Positions 39,342 through 49,631 of a stretch of 64,000 nucleotides of DNA are shown piece after piece. The stretch comes from Candidatus Obscuribacterales bacterium. GTDB lineage: Bacteria > Cyanobacteriota > Vampirovibrionia > Obscuribacterales > Obscuribacteraceae. The stretch is from contig CBDDIJ010000002.1 in assembly GCA_965228855.1 (NCBI GenBank), positions 1,024,001-1,088,000 of the forward strand, given 5' to 3'. The stretch's first letter is position 1; each line of letters starts with the position of its first letter. The position numbers and the translations under genes are program-made. The notes beneath the pieces were generated by a model. The model did not search any database and had not been told where the DNA came from. It saw only the letters and a program-made list of their open reading frames with translations.

Positions 39342-40100
39342 ATGGCAAAAACGCAAACGGCGAAGAAATCGAACGTCAAACTAACCGTCGCAGGCTTGAG
39401 CGACGTTGGTTTGTTGCGGTCTGAGAATCAAGACCGGCTGTACATAAGCCGCGACAAACGGATTCTAGTTGTCGCCGACGGCATGGGTGGACATAATGGG
39501 GGTTCGGTCGCCAGTCAGCTTTTCATCGACTGGTTCGAAACCGAATTCAAACGCAAAAGTCCGCTTCTGAGCAGTCGACGTTCAATCAAAACCTGGGCGC
39601 AACGCGTCATTACGATGGCGAATTCGGAAATATACAAATGGGGCAGGACCGAGCTCGACCTCTGGGGAATGGGCACGACAGGCGTCGCGCTCGTTGTCGG
39701 AGACGACTTCGTGCATTGCTCTCACGTTGGGGACTCCCGAATTTACCGCGCCAGGCAAGGAAAGCTTGTTCAGCTGACGAAAGACCACTCGGCTGTTCAG
39801 GACATGATCGATGCAGGAGAATGCACTGAGGCTGAGCGCAAAGGCCACCCTCGGTCGCACATCGTCACTCGGTTCGTCGGCGACATCGCTGTCAACGTCG
39901 AACATCATGCGTATAAATGGCAGGAAGGTGATGTTTACCTCCTCGCCTCTGACGGCTTGACCGATATCGTCGAAGACTCGTTCATACAGTCGGTCTTATG
40001 CAGTCGGATGAGTATCAAACGCATGTGTGCCGAACTTGTCGATCGTGTTTTGATGTCGGGAGCTCCGGATAACGTCACGGTTTTAGTAGCGGGCATGTAG
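39342..40100 (+). CDS. PP2C-family Ser/Thr phosphatase (Stp1/PrpC-like)
   Basis: RSENQD, VADGMGG, GTT, HVGDSR, DHS, SDGL, DNVT. Confidence 0.95.
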   Translation: MAKTQTAKKSNVKLTVAGLSDVGLLRSENQDRLYISRDKRILVVADGMGGHNGGSVASQLFIDWFETEFKRKSPLLSSRRSIKTWAQRVITMANSEIYKWGRTELDLWGMGTTGVALVVGDDFVHCSHVGDSRIYRARQGKLVQLTKDHSAVQDMIDAGECTEAERKGHPRSHIVTRFVGDIAVNVEHHAYKWQEGDVYLLASDGLTDIVEDSFIQSVLCSRMSIKRMCAELVDRVLMSGAPDNVTVLVAGM

Positions 40101-40250
40101 CAACGCCTCCTCTAAACTTTGAGAGCCGACCGTGAAGGTTGGCTTTTCGTGCTGTGTTCGCTGCTTCCCGGCACTCTCTCGAATTCGTTTTATAAACCGC
40201 GCCTCCTCAAAACAGGCGAATCTTTAGCAATCAACGCAAAGGGATCGTCT

Positions 40251-41999
40251 ATGCACGATATGAACTTCCTGCAGGACATGCTGGTCCTGTTCGCGCTGGG
40301 CATATTCACCGTGGTGATCTTTCACCGCGTGAACCTGCCTCCGGTGCTGGGATTTCTCCTCACGGGTCTGCTGTGCGGACCCTACGGATTTAAGCTCGTG
40401 GAAAACATCCACGAGGTCGAGGCTCTGGCGGAACTCGGAGTGGTTCTGCTCCTCTTTACGATAGGCATCGAGTTCTCCTTTGAGAAACTGAAGAAGATGC
40501 GATACTTCCTGCTCATCGGCGGAAGCCTTCAGGTTCTTGGAACGATCGCGGCGACCGCCGTAATCGGAGGACTCTTCGGGTTGGCGCTCAACGTGGCAAT
40601 CTTCCTCGGCATGCTGGTCTCGCTGAGCAGCACCGTTCTGGTCGTGCGACTGCTTCAGCATCGCAACCAGATGACGGGCGGACATGGTACAGCATCCGTC
40701 GGCATCATGGTCTTCCAGGACCTCTGCATCGTGCCGATGGTGCTTGCTGTTCCCTTCCTCGGCGGCACCGAGCTGGACATGACCGAGATCCTGCTCATCA
40801 CCGGCAAGTCTGTCGCCTTCGTCATCGTTGCCGTTGTTCTGGCGCGCTACATGGTGCCCTGGCTTCTCGACCACGTCGCCAACACGCGCAAGCGCGAAGC
40901 GTTTGTGCTGAGCGTCATGCTGCTGTGCCTGGGTACCGGCTACGCCACCTCTCAGGTCGGTCTGTCGCTGGCTCTGGGCGCCTTCCTCGCCGGTCTGGTC
41001 ATCTCCGAATCGAAGTACAGCCATCAGGCCTTCAGTGACATCCTGCCGTTTCGTGAGGTGTTCAACTTCCTGGTGTTCGTGTCGATCGGAATGATGTTCG
41101 ATGCGCGCACGCTACTGGCAGAGCCCTGGCTGATCGCCTGGTGTCTGGTTCTGCTCGTCCTGATCAAGGCTGCCATCACGGCCGGTATCGCCTTCGGTTT
41201 CGGCTATTCGTTAAGAGTTGCCGTGATGACTGGCTTTACGCTGGCTCAGGTTTCGGAGTTCTCGTTCGTTCTTGCCAAACAAGGTTTGGCTGAGAAAGTT
41301 TGGGACGCCAGTGCCAATCAGGTATTCCTTGCGGTCGCCATTCTCTCGATGGCGGTCACGCCGGGGGTCTGGGCTATTGGCGAAAAGGTCGCGAAACTTC
41401 TCGAGCGCATCCTGCCCGACCGTTGGGTGGGTGGTCGACGCGCGGCGCCCGCCGATACCGGACAGGTCCTCGAAGGGCACGTGATCATCGTCGGCTACGG
41501 CATCAGCGGTCGCACGCTGGCTCGCGTCCTTACGGACGTCAACACACCGCACATCGTCGTGGAACAAGATCCTGACCTGGTTCGCATCGGTCAGGCGGCC
41601 AAAGAGCCAATCTTCTACGGGGACGCTGCCAGTCAATCGGTTCTCGAACATGCCGGCATCGGCACGGCGAAACTGATTGCAATTACCACAATCGACGCTC
41701 GCTCGGCTGCGCGGACGGCGGCACTGGCACGGGGGCTCAACCCCAACGTGCAGGTGATCGCTCGTGCCCGCATGCTCGATGAAGTCGACCCGCTTGTGAA
41801 AGCTGGTGCGCACGAGGTCGTCCCTGAAGAACTTGCAGGCAGCGTCGAGATGTTCGCGCGTGTCCTGATGACTCTTCAGGTGCCGGACCCGGTCGTCGAA
41901 TCCTGCATCGACCACGTGCACAAGGACTGGGCCGGGACTTACCCTCCCACCATCCTGGGTTTCGTGAAGTCGAACAAGAAAGAAGGAGAAGAAAAGTGA
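40251..41999 (+). CDS. CPA2 cation:proton antiporter with TrkA-N domain (KefB/KefC-like)
   Basis: AELGVVLLLFTIGIEFS, LSST, FQDL, GAFLAG, IVGYG, YGDA. Confidence 0.93.
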   Translation: MHDMNFLQDMLVLFALGIFTVVIFHRVNLPPVLGFLLTGLLCGPYGFKLVENIHEVEALAELGVVLLLFTIGIEFSFEKLKKMRYFLLIGGSLQVLGTIAATAVIGGLFGLALNVAIFLGMLVSLSSTVLVVRLLQHRNQMTGGHGTASVGIMVFQDLCIVPMVLAVPFLGGTELDMTEILLITGKSVAFVIVAVVLARYMVPWLLDHVANTRKREAFVLSVMLLCLGTGYATSQVGLSLALGAFLAGLVISESKYSHQAFSDILPFREVFNFLVFVSIGMMFDARTLLAEPWLIAWCLVLLVLIKAAITAGIAFGFGYSLRVAVMTGFTLAQVSEFSFVLAKQGLAEKVWDASANQVFLAVAILSMAVTPGVWAIGEKVAKLLERILPDRWVGGRRAAPADTGQVLEGHVIIVGYGISGRTLARVLTDVNTPHIVVEQDPDLVRIGQAAKEPIFYGDAASQSVLEHAGIGTAKLIAITTIDARSAARTAALARGLNPNVQVIARARMLDEVDPLVKAGAHEVVPEELAGSVEMFARVLMTLQVPDPVVESCIDHVHKDWAGTYPPTILGFVKSNKKEGEEK

Positions 42000-42394
42000 T
42001 TATCCTTGTTCACCTCGTATTTCTGACGCTCGTGTATCTGGTGCTGCCTGCCCTCAGCGCAGTGCTAGGCGACGGCGGTGTCATCGCTGATGGTGGCATT
42101 CTCGCTGCCGTCGGTCTGGCCGTTGCGTCGGAAGTCGTCCTCGTCATCATGTCAGTGCTGGCGAATGTGCTCACCAGGCTCGCGGGAATCAATCCGCTGC
42201 TGCAGCGCCGGAAGGCTGAGACGATAGCTCAAGTTGCGATCGGTCTCGGGCTGGCGGCGTTCCTTTCGCTGTTGCCGGCAAGTGTTCTCGGTCTGGCATG
42301 GTACTGGGTGCTGATCGTGCCCGCGTTTATCTGTCTGGGAATGCAGGTTATTGTGACGGTCAAGCGTCGTATGATCGCGCGTTCCTATCGCTAG
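41996..42394 (+). CDS. Small multi-pass membrane protein
   Basis: GTGA overlap with the antiporter gene; about 4 hydrophobic segments. Confidence 0.75.
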   Translation: MIILVHLVFLTLVYLVLPALSAVLGDGGVIADGGILAAVGLAVASEVVLVIMSVLANVLTRLAGINPLLQRRKAETIAQVAIGLGLAAFLSLLPASVLGLAWYWVLIVPAFICLGMQVIVTVKRRMIARSYR

Positions 42395-42437
42395 GAGCCC
42401 GTGCCTGGACCGGCAAGTCCTGCTCTCAGGTTTTGTG

Positions 42438-42500
42438 GCGTGGTGGCGCTGGCGGTGGCGGAGTTTTCTCCCCATCGCCGGTAGCCACTACGTTTTTTTT
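42438..42500 (+). terminator. Intrinsic terminator
   Basis: Long GC stem (CGTGGTGGC...GCCACTACG) plus T8. Confidence 0.75.
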
Positions 42501-42788
42501 CTTTGGTATTACGGGTAGTGCAAACTAGAGAATATAGTAAAATGGGCAGCTCGGCCGCCATTTTTTCGTCCGCATCCAGGACTTCAGGAGCCCCTTTAGG
42601 TTGGGCCTGACAATTCAAAGGCTGGATGTATTCAACTCGCTACAAGTTTCACGACAACTTGCGAATAAAAGTCTCTCAAAAAATTTTGAAAAATGGGAAA
42701 CAAAAAGTAGCCTTTACGAGTCCCGGTAGCAAAACGATTTATGATAGGTGAATGCGGCAAACACTGTGACCGCGCCAATCGGAGCCCC

Positions 42789-43547
42789 ATGAAACGCAAA
42801 ACTGTTTTTCGCGATTGTATTAGATCTGACCTGAAAGTTCTTCAAAAACTGGTTGAGGAACTGTATTACACGGACGCGGGACCGCGCGCCGATGTGCCGG
42901 AGATTGCGTTCACTTATCGCTCACTGTCTGCTAAGCCGGAAAAAGGTCGCCTTATCGTTTTCGAGAAAGGGGATGAACTGGTCGGTTACGCCATTTTGAT
43001 TTTCTTCTTCAGCAGTGAATTTGGTGGAGACATCATCGATATCGACGAGATTCTGGTCACAGAGGATGCACGTGGGCAGGGCGTCGGCAGTGCCTTCTTC
43101 GAGTGGATTTCCAAGACTTACAAAAAAGCGGTGGGCTGGAGCCTTCAGGTGCGCCCTGGCAATAAAAGGGCGCGAAAACTCTACGAGAGTTTCGGTTTCT
43201 TGACCTCAGCCAACCTTCATCTCTACAACATTTTTGCATGGAACGATCGTCATCTTTTGCGAGGCGAGTCGGCCAAGAGAAAGGAATTCAGCCGGAAAAA
43301 TACAACACCAAGCAAAACCGAGCCCAGGAGTGTCAGCAAAAAATCGACAGCCGAACACGGTTCACCAGCGGGACATGCAGAAAGTAAATCGAAGCCAAAC
43401 AATAAGACTCGTGCCAAGTCGACGGTAAAAACCAGCTCCAGCAGTGCGAAGGTAAAATCTCGAAGCCTCGGCGGTCGGTCCACTAAAACCGGATCATCCA
43501 GAGCCCAAGCTGCCGCCAAGAGTGCCGCCCGAAAACGAAGTCGATAG
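42789..43547 (+). CDS. GNAT acetyltransferase with Lys/Ser/Arg-rich C-terminal tail
   Basis: EILVTEDARGQGVG, NKRARKLYESFGF. Confidence 0.88.
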   Translation: MKRKTVFRDCIRSDLKVLQKLVEELYYTDAGPRADVPEIAFTYRSLSAKPEKGRLIVFEKGDELVGYAILIFFFSSEFGGDIIDIDEILVTEDARGQGVGSAFFEWISKTYKKAVGWSLQVRPGNKRARKLYESFGFLTSANLHLYNIFAWNDRHLLRGESAKRKEFSRKNTTPSKTEPRSVSKKSTAEHGSPAGHAESKSKPNNKTRAKSTVKTSSSSAKVKSRSLGGRSTKTGSSRAQAAAKSAARKRSR

Positions 43548-43579
43548 GCAATCGAGATCAGATTTCTCAAGAGTCCCTA

Positions 43580-44071
43580 TTATGCTTGCGGAAAGAACAG
43601 ATAATCTTTTCCGTCTTTGCTCGGGCGAATGATAACAACCTTGCCCTCAGTGCGTTTCGGGCGTCCTGATTTGTTCAGTTCCATAAACATGTTTGAAACG
43701 ATGTCTTCAGGAACTATGCGGTCGCGCGATCGGTTTCGCTCCAGGCAAATCTCCAGAGGTATGTCCAGGAGCCAGAGTTGGATATCCGCGTATCCGAATT
43801 TTTCGCAGCGCTCGAGAATCGGTTTGCGTTGTTTGGGATTGAGATTGGTGTTGTCGATAATGACGTCGACGCCCTCCAGCATGAGCTCTTCGAGTCTCGT
43901 AAAGAAGAGTGCGAACACTTCTTCTTTATCGCCCTGCTCGGCAGCGTTGCCATAAAGTTCCAGGCGGATGCTGTCCGCGTTGATGTATTTCCAGCCCTTC
44001 TCGGCGATTTTTTGCGCGAGCGTGGTTTTACCTGAGCCAGGAACACCAATCATGAGAATAATCCGCTTCAA
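43580..44071 (-). CDS. AAA_33/polynucleotide-kinase-like P-loop kinase
   Basis: GVPGSGKT, NADSIR, IIDNTN, CLERNRSR. Confidence 0.9.
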   Translation of the reverse strand: MKRIILMIGVPGSGKTTLAQKIAEKGWKYINADSIRLELYGNAAEQGDKEEVFALFFTRLEELMLEGVDVIIDNTNLNPKQRKPILERCEKFGYADIQLWLLDIPLEICLERNRSRDRIVPEDIVSNMFMELNKSGRPKRTEGKVVIIRPSKDGKDYLFFPQA

Positions 44072-44083
44072 AGATTCATCTCC

Positions 44084-44539
44084 TCAAGAGCCAGTTTTCG
44101 ATGATTGCACGGAGTTCGGCCGGTTCTTCGTTTCCTCGACGACCCACTTTGTCCAGACTCCTGCAAGATACATACTAAAGATGAAATAGGTGATCATCAA
44201 TATGCGCTCGGTGCGCATGTTGTCCTCGGTGGCGATTGAGATCCTGTGCCCGAGCCAGGCGTTGCCGAAATAAACGCCGCCGATTGTCAGAAAATAGAGG
44301 CAGGTCGAAACATAACTCATGCGCGCCCATTTGTTCAGTTTTTTATACGACAAGAGCGTTTCAAGCAGCCAGCCGCAGCCAAAGATCAGGAGAGACAGCC
44401 CGTAGTGCTGAAAGCGGCTGATTGGCATGTAGTTTTGCACATGCGTGAAAAAAACCGCAAGCGCGATCGCTGCAAACAGAAGAACCAGCCGGCAGCGGCT
44501 TGTAGATTGCCACAAAGATTTGATCGAGATGCGCGCCAT
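44084..44539 (-). CDS. Hypothetical membrane protein
   Basis: About 4 TM segments; lies within the pyrBC transcription unit. Confidence 0.75.
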   Translation of the reverse strand: MARISIKSLWQSTSRCRLVLLFAAIALAVFFTHVQNYMPISRFQHYGLSLLIFGCGWLLETLLSYKKLNKWARMSYVSTCLYFLTIGGVYFGNAWLGHRISIATEDNMRTERILMITYFIFSMYLAGVWTKWVVEETKNRPNSVQSSKTGS

Positions 44540-44547
44540 TGCTTAAA

Positions 44548-45858
44548 TCATAACCGATCTTGATAGACGATCTTTCCGTTGGCGATGGTGGCGACCACTT
44601 TGGCTGAAAGCATGACGCCGTCGTAGGGGGAGTTCGAACTCTTGGAGAAACCTTTTGTCGTCTGGTAAGTCCAATCGCGTTTCGGATCAATGACGGCGAT
44701 GTCTGCGCGAGAACCTGCAACCAGGGCGGGATCGGGAAGACCGATGACAGATGCCGGACCGCTCGTCAGTAAATAAATCAGCTCATTGATCGTCAAATGA
44801 TCTTCCTTGACCAGTCGCTGATAAACGACGCTGAAAGCGGTTTCTAACCCGATGATGCCAAACGGTGCGCTGGCAAAAGCCTGTGCTTTTTCTTGCTTCG
44901 TATGAGGCGCATGGTCCGTGGCGATGGCGTCGAAGATGCCCTCTTTAAGCGCTTCTACGAGTTGGTTTTGATCGCGCTTGCTGCGCAGCGGCGGATTCAT
45001 TTTGAATCTGGTGTCGAAGTCGCGGATGTCTTCGTCTGCGAGCGTAATATGATGCGGCGAGACTTCTGCCGTGACTGAGAGCCCGTCTTCTTTCGCGCGT
45101 TTAATCAGTTGAATTGCTTCGCATGTAGAAACATGCGCGAAGTGCAAGCGTCCGCCGACCGCCCGCACTACTTCGATTTCACGGGCTACGCAAGCCGATT
45201 CCGACACGGAAGGGATGCCTTCGAGTCCAAGTTTGGTGGCGTACTGCGAGTCGTGCATGCAACCTTTTTTTGAAAGCGCATGGTCTTCAGGATGGCTTAT
45301 GATGGTCTTGTTGAGCAGTTTTGCAAATTGCAGTCCGCGCGCCATCACGGCAAGATTGTGCAACGGCATGCCGTCGTCGGAAAATGCGATTGCTCCCAGC
45401 TCCGCTAGCTGAGCCATTTCCGTGAGCTGTTCGCCTTTCAGTCCGAGCGTGACGGCTGCGAGAGGTAGCACGCGAATGCAGGCGGTTTCTTCGATCTTGT
45501 CTTTGATGATTGAAAATATGCGCGGCGTGTCGGTGGGCGGATCCGTGTTCGCCATTGAAACCACGGTAGTGAAACCGCCTGCAGCGGCCGCTCTGGTGCC
45601 GCTCTCAATCGTCTCCTTGCCTGCCTGATTCAGATCGCGCAGATGGGTGTGAATGTCGATCAGCCCTGGTGTAATCCACAAGTCATTGGCTTCGATGACG
45701 GTTTCATCGCTTGCTTCTGCGAGTTCTTCGCTGATTTCCTTGATGACACCATCGGCGATGCGCACATCGGCTCTGTGAAACTCTTTCTTGCTGCCCTTTC
45801 CCGGCTGATGGGGCGGGACGATCAAGCCGCGCCGCAAGAGGATCTTTTCTGTGGTCAT
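44548..45858 (-). CDS. pyrC: Dihydroorotase
   Basis: DIHTHLR, AAAAGGFT, FSDDG, KMNPPLR, ATDHAPH; ATGA overlap with pyrB. Confidence 0.96.
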   Translation of the reverse strand: MTTEKILLRRGLIVPPHQPGKGSKKEFHRADVRIADGVIKEISEELAEASDETVIEANDLWITPGLIDIHTHLRDLNQAGKETIESGTRAAAAGGFTTVVSMANTDPPTDTPRIFSIIKDKIEETACIRVLPLAAVTLGLKGEQLTEMAQLAELGAIAFSDDGMPLHNLAVMARGLQFAKLLNKTIISHPEDHALSKKGCMHDSQYATKLGLEGIPSVSESACVAREIEVVRAVGGRLHFAHVSTCEAIQLIKRAKEDGLSVTAEVSPHHITLADEDIRDFDTRFKMNPPLRSKRDQNQLVEALKEGIFDAIATDHAPHTKQEKAQAFASAPFGIIGLETAFSVVYQRLVKEDHLTINELIYLLTSGPASVIGLPDPALVAGSRADIAVIDPKRDWTYQTTKGFSKSSNSPYDGVMLSAKVVATIANGKIVYQDRL

Positions 45859-46877
45859 CGATGTGAATCCTCTGAATTTAATAGAAGAAGTAAGACTGCC
45901 ATTCGTACGGGAATGCCGTTGGTTACTTGCAGATGGATGGCTGAAATGTTTGGATCGTCGGCAAGCTCCGACGTCAACTCGACTCCGCGATTGATTGGTC
46001 CGGGGTGGAATAGTCGAACCGTAGACTTTGCCTTCTTCATTCTGGCATGGTCCAGACGCCAAATTTTGCGATAGTCATCGAGGCTGGTTATCAGTCCGTC
46101 TTGCTGGCGCTCCAATTGCATGCGCAATGCCATGACGAAATCGGCGCGCTCAAGGGCTGGTGCGAGTTCATAATGAGTCGTGACGCCCATCTCTGATAGT
46201 CCTTCCGGCATCAAGGGTGGTGGCGCGCAGACATGAACGTCAACACCGAGATTGGTCAGAAGGCGTATGTTGGAGCGCGCTACGCGACTATGTTTAACAT
46301 CGCCGATGATCGCGAGTTTGCGCCCTTCGACGTTGCCGCATATCTCTTGCATCGTGAATAGATCAAGTAGTGCTTGCGTAGGGTGAGCGTTCCAGCCGTC
46401 GCCTGCGTTTACAACCGAGACATAGGAGGGTACTGCGTTGGAGAGCTGGGAAGCGGCACCTGAACTGGCGTGTCGTTGAATAAGGGCGTCGGCTCCCATT
46501 GCGATCAGGGTCGAGGCGGTATCGAATATGGTTTCACCCTTGGTGACCGAGGATGTGTTTATGTCCAGATTTATGACCTGGGCGCCTAGAGTCTGAGCCG
46601 CTAGAGTGAAGCTGCTCCGAGTGCGCGTGGAGTTCTCGTAGAAAACGTTGGCGACCACTTTGTCATTTAACAGATTGAGCGGAGATTTATCGCGGGCAAT
46701 GATGTGCTTCGCCGTTTCCGCCGTCGCCATTATGCTTGACACCTCGTCCCTGGTTAGGTCACCGGTGTCTATCAAATGTCGTCGTTGGTTGAATTTCCGA
46801 GCGCCGTCGCTGCGCGTGGTGGCGAGCAAAGCGGCTCTGTTTGTTTCTTGAGAAGGGTTGCTGATGTTCGATGGCAT
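45855..46877 (-). CDS. pyrB: Aspartate carbamoyltransferase catalytic subunit
   Basis: FYENSTRTRSSF, KGET, HPTQALLD, HSRVARS, HPGP; start uncertain (46877 or 46913). Confidence 0.96.
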   Translation of the reverse strand: MPSNISNPSQETNRAALLATTRSDGARKFNQRRHLIDTGDLTRDEVSSIMATAETAKHIIARDKSPLNLLNDKVVANVFYENSTRTRSSFTLAAQTLGAQVINLDINTSSVTKGETIFDTASTLIAMGADALIQRHASSGAASQLSNAVPSYVSVVNAGDGWNAHPTQALLDLFTMQEICGNVEGRKLAIIGDVKHSRVARSNIRLLTNLGVDVHVCAPPPLMPEGLSEMGVTTHYELAPALERADFVMALRMQLERQQDGLITSLDDYRKIWRLDHARMKKAKSTVRLFHPGPINRGVELTSELADDPNISAIHLQVTNGIPVRMAVLLLLLNSEDSHR

Positions 46878-47041
46878 TGACCCATTTTCCCAATCCGGCA
46901 GAGCGAATGTCAATTAAAGCCAAGCGGTTTAACTCTGCTAAACCAAAGGGGCAGTCAAGCAGCTGGATACAATTTGCAGGGTGGCTGTCGCCCGGATGCC
47001 TCGCGTGCGTTTCGAGTTCGTGAAACGGCATTTCTATGTCG

Positions 47042-47306
47042 TCGAGTGTTTTGTCGGTTTTGGCTACGGCTCGTAGACGCTTTTTTGAAAATCCGGCATC
47101 GTGGCGTAGACAAGCGGGGGTGTTCTGGGTCTAGCTGGGAGGGTGAATCGCTGGAAAGACCCTCTATGGCTGGGTTGTGGTCTTGAAGGGAATACGAAGA
47201 AATATAGTAGGGATTTGGGTGGGAGGATGAATTGAATCTCTGGAAAGGCTCTCTATGGCAAGGTTTTGGACTCGAGGTGAGCACGAAGGAATATAGTAGA
47301 CGATTT
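47042..47306. repeat. Mosaic repeat locus: 74-bp-family fragment, inverted 53-bp core and two tails with an 89-bp period
   Basis: TCGAGTGTTTTGTC at 47042; core at 47060-47112 (- strand); GAATC...AATATAGTAG at 47145 and 47234. Confidence 0.85.
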
Positions 47307-47313
47307 TGTTAGC

Positions 47314-47344
47314 GCCACGGTCGAGAAGTCCCGTCGACCGTGGC
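47314..47344 (-). terminator. Hairpin after the small basic protein gene
   Basis: GCCACGGTCGA/TCGACCGTGGC perfect 11-bp stem. Confidence 0.6.
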
Positions 47345-47375
47345 TTTCGCTGGGAGCGTTTATGCTCCCGACAGA

Positions 47376-47639
47376 TTATTTGCGCATGAGCTTGATGACA
47401 CATGCGGCATCGTCGCCGGTCATGTCGGTGCCGAACATATTGCAGCGGCCGTCCTTGGGCGAATCGTAGATGTTTGAAAGCTCGCGCTTCACCGGAAGGA
47501 CAATGCTGTCGTTCGGCGCGAGCACGAGTTTGGCGAGCATGACGTGCACGCGAGTGCGCATGCGGCGATTCGCCTGGGAATTGAACTTCTTGGAGGAGCT
47601 AGGGGAAACGACCGGCGACTTTTTAAACGAGCGAGACAT
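47376..47639 (-). CDS. Small basic hypothetical protein
   Basis: AAGGAG RBS; MSRSFKKSP...ANRRMR; strong codon bias. Confidence 0.75.
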   Translation of the reverse strand: MSRSFKKSPVVSPSSSKKFNSQANRRMRTRVHVMLAKLVLAPNDSIVLPVKRELSNIYDSPKDGRCNMFGTDMTGDDAACVIKLMRK

Positions 47640-47770
47640 GGCGGACTCTCCTTCTGAGAGCGGCGCAGCCCGCCGGTCCACTGGAACCGGCTTTCAGAGA
47701 TGCGCCCAATCAGAAGAAGGGCAAATGAGTTTTGAAAGACATTCATTTCTCCTTGTGTGGAATCGTTTGG

Positions 47771-48244
47771 TTACTGAAAGAAGCGAACGCGCACCGCGAG
47801 CTTTTCCAGTACCGGAATGGTGAGTGTGGTCAGCACGAGCAAAATCGTGCCGAAGAACGGTTGGTAAATCTCCGGCCAGGTGACCTCGAACGGTCCGCCG
47901 AGCGCGAAGACCCAGACGGTGAAGGAAACCGACGCCGCAATCGCGTGAAATTTGCGCGAGGGTGGCTCGTTCAGAAAGAAGATGTAGGTCGGTTTCAGGC
48001 AGACGTAGAGAGGCGTCAATATCAAGATCGCTACGAACACGACCCAGTAAAGCGGGACTTGGTAGTCGAGGGTCTGGGTTTTGATGACGCCGTCCAGGAA
48101 CATGTACGCTGTCACAAGAGGTCCGGGGATGTAGCGAATGATTTTCTCGAAGTACGAGACTTCGCGGCTGTCCGGCGGAATGATTTTGTGTTTGTTGGGA
48201 CAGTTGGGGTCGCAAACACACGTGCAAGACACAGGGGGTTTCAT
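47771..48244 (-). CDS. Hypothetical 4-TM membrane protein
   Basis: GGAGG RBS; YFEKIIRYIP...WVFALGGPF. Confidence 0.8.
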   Translation of the reverse strand: MKPPVSCTCVCDPNCPNKHKIIPPDSREVSYFEKIIRYIPGPLVTAYMFLDGVIKTQTLDYQVPLYWVVFVAILILTPLYVCLKPTYIFFLNEPPSRKFHAIAASVSFTVWVFALGGPFEVTWPEIYQPFFGTILLVLTTLTIPVLEKLAVRVRFFQ

Positions 48245-48845
48245 GATGAACCCTCCGGGAGTTAATTGATGGTAAATCCTCGAAGAGGAACAGTGCGTAT
48301 CGAATCGACAGCGGCTCGGACCCGGGCGCCTTTGCGTCGTTTGGCGGTTTCAGTAGTGGAGGCGCTGGCTAGGTTGCTGTTAAATACTCGAGCTCAATGG
48401 TTTCGATACAGATGTCATGCTCATGGTGAGTGTTGTTATGCGATCAAATCCAGCGTTTTGCGGAGAAAATGCAAATCTAATCCGGAAATTTTGCGCAATT
48501 TAGATTGCAAACAGCGCTATGCCAATGGGGGGCGTTATTGCAATATCAGTATCTTCATTTGATTCTGAACTGTTCTGGTCTCTGCTTTCAGATGTCTTCG
48601 ATTTGCCCATGATCGAGTCGGTTCTTGAACCGAGCCCGCTTATCTTTCATTAATTCTCGACCATAGGGCGTCGCTGTTTCAAAATGGTACTACATACAGT
48701 ATTACTGACCCCTCCCTCTGACAACGCTTACAAGCCGCTTTCTGACAGGTATAGATTTGTTTTAAAGTACTCCTGAATGAGTCTCGTTTAATGCTTGAGA
48801 ACGGAATGAGGTATACCTTGCCAATGGTGACAGAAGGAGCCCGAT

Positions 48846-49535
48846 TTGAAATTTTTAGGATGGATAGTTTTCTCCTGTGGTTTGATGTCGTTTATCGAAC
48901 ACCAGGTTCACGCCCGCTTGATGCACCGCAGAAACTTTCTAAGTGAACGTTCGCCAAAGTACAAGCGCGTTTTCGAATCGCACGCTATCGTGCACCATAA
49001 GCACTACTCGAAGATATTTCATGACGAGCCGGTGCCGCCAGGCGAAGACAAAGAGATACGCCTGACTGTTCACAAAGCGCCAATCAAAGGACTGCCCGCA
49101 GCGTTGATCCTCGCCTGCTTCTCGTGGAAAGCGGCGGCAGCATTTACCGCTGTTATAACCGCCCACCATTGGATCTGGAACAAAATCCACCTTGAGATGC
49201 ACAAGCCCGAACAGCGCAAGTTCAGCAAGTGGCCTGTTTACCGCTTTCTCGCTCGCTATCACTGGCTGCACCACAGATATCCGGATAAAAACTTCAACGT
49301 TGTTTTCCCGTTCGCTGATTACGTTCTCGGCACGGTCGCCAAGGCGACGCCTGAGGATGAGCGGGCGATGATTTTGGAGTTCGAGTCAAATCAAGTTGCG
49401 GCGGATGCCGCTGATGCCGTTTCCACGGGCTTGCCTGGCGAAGAACCAGTGGCGTCTGTGTCCGTCGACGCTTCGGTGTCGAATCCGGCGCCACAGCCGG
49501 TTGCTGCCACCGCGACTGTTGACCTGACTGCCTGA
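48846..49535 (+). CDS. Fatty acid hydroxylase/sterol desaturase superfamily protein
   Basis: His boxes HARLMH, HAIVHH, HHWIWNKIH, HWLHH; NFNV...DYVLGT. Confidence 0.85.
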   Translation: MKFLGWIVFSCGLMSFIEHQVHARLMHRRNFLSERSPKYKRVFESHAIVHHKHYSKIFHDEPVPPGEDKEIRLTVHKAPIKGLPAALILACFSWKAAAAFTAVITAHHWIWNKIHLEMHKPEQRKFSKWPVYRFLARYHWLHHRYPDKNFNVVFPFADYVLGTVAKATPEDERAMILEFESNQVAADAADAVSTGLPGEEPVASVSVDASVSNPAPQPVAATATVDLTA

Positions 49536-49631
49536 ATTCAAGCGCAAATTTAAATTTGAAAGATTTTGAGTGGCGCAGCTGTTGATGCTACGATAGGTCC
49601 GAACGACGTTTTCGTAGCGGCTTGGTGAACG

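Noticed and set aside
29054..41921. Long antisense ORFs (e.g. 29054-30679, 35849-37471, 40224-41024; also 7942-14539 and 54599-55405 on +)
   Set aside because: Shadow frames caused by high GC3 in the real genes on the opposite strand; no protein motifs.
48494..48515. GCAATTTAGATTGC (and AGCTGGATACAATTTGCAGG at 46961) as extra 102-bp-family sites
   Set aside because: Single partial palindromes with no partner 33 bp away; could be chance.
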